Source: Ylistrum balloti (lineage: Eukaryota). From it: a DNA stretch of 64,000 nucleotides. Position 1 is the first letter of the stretch. Every line of letters starts with the position of its first letter. The notes beneath the pieces were generated by a model, which saw nothing but the letters and a program-made list of their open reading frames with translations, was not told the DNA's origin and made no database searches. The translations under genes and the position numbers were made by a program. The DNA is taken from positions 62,001 through 126,000 of the forward strand of contig NW_026782168.1 in assembly GCF_031769215.1 (NCBI RefSeq). The letters are read 5' to 3'. Shown here piece after piece: positions 63,865-64,000 of the stretch.

Positions 63865-64000
63865 GATACTACACAACAAAACCAAGGACAACAGGACACA
63901 CAATTTGACTCTTCCGATGCTACACTAGGGCATGGACATTGAGATACTACACAACAAAACCAAGGACAACAGGACACACAGTTTGACTCTTCCAATGCTA
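63787..64000 (+). repeat. 78-bp (26-codon) tandem repeat overlapping the DUSP11 stop codon; runs off the window
   Basis: Units start at 63787, 63865 and 63943; each reads [25 protein letters not shown] in the gene frame, followed by TGA. Confidence 0.9.

Noticed and set aside
63862-63942. Selenocysteine decoding of the repeated TGA codons
   Set aside because: The aligned position is Gln in the upstream context, there is no redox motif, and no SECIS is visible in the window.
62927-63995. Overlapping ORFs 62927-63316, 63320-63850 and the Cys-rich minus ORF 63783-63995
   Set aside because: They are alternate frames of a low-complexity exon and the 78-bp repeat. Only the 62896 frame is in phase with the upstream DUSP11 exon.

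Overview
AT-rich, intron-rich animal genomic DNA; the repeat types suggest a mollusc, probably a bivalve (inference). I rebuilt five spliced genes by hand from splice sites, phases and remembered human orthologues: CCDC125 (+, 1514-13516), KANSL3 (+, 23497-33947), MRPS26 (-, 41016-36355), PLPBP/PROSC (+, 41548-48716, head-to-head with MRPS26) and a DUSP11/PIR1-like RNA 5'-phosphatase (+, 51042-63864). The last DUSP11 intron holds a full-length but coding-dead 5.6-kb Ty3/gypsy-type LTR retrotransposon on the minus strand. It has non-canonical CGCCA...TGGCG LTR ends, a 3-bp target-site duplication, a tRNA-Leu primer site and an LADD reverse-transcriptase motif. Introns also carry many minisatellites (several with higher-order structure), tRNA-derived SINEs and Helentron-associated (HINE-like) elements. 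The most unusual observations are a minisatellite apparently amplified from a CCDC125 coding exon plus its donor site, a 78-bp in-frame repeat crossing the DUSP11 stop codon, a decayed minimal hammerhead ribozyme, a 20-bp palindrome with a 7-bp duplication, an SGNH-hydrolase relic and two GC-AG introns. All homology calls are from memory and no search was run.
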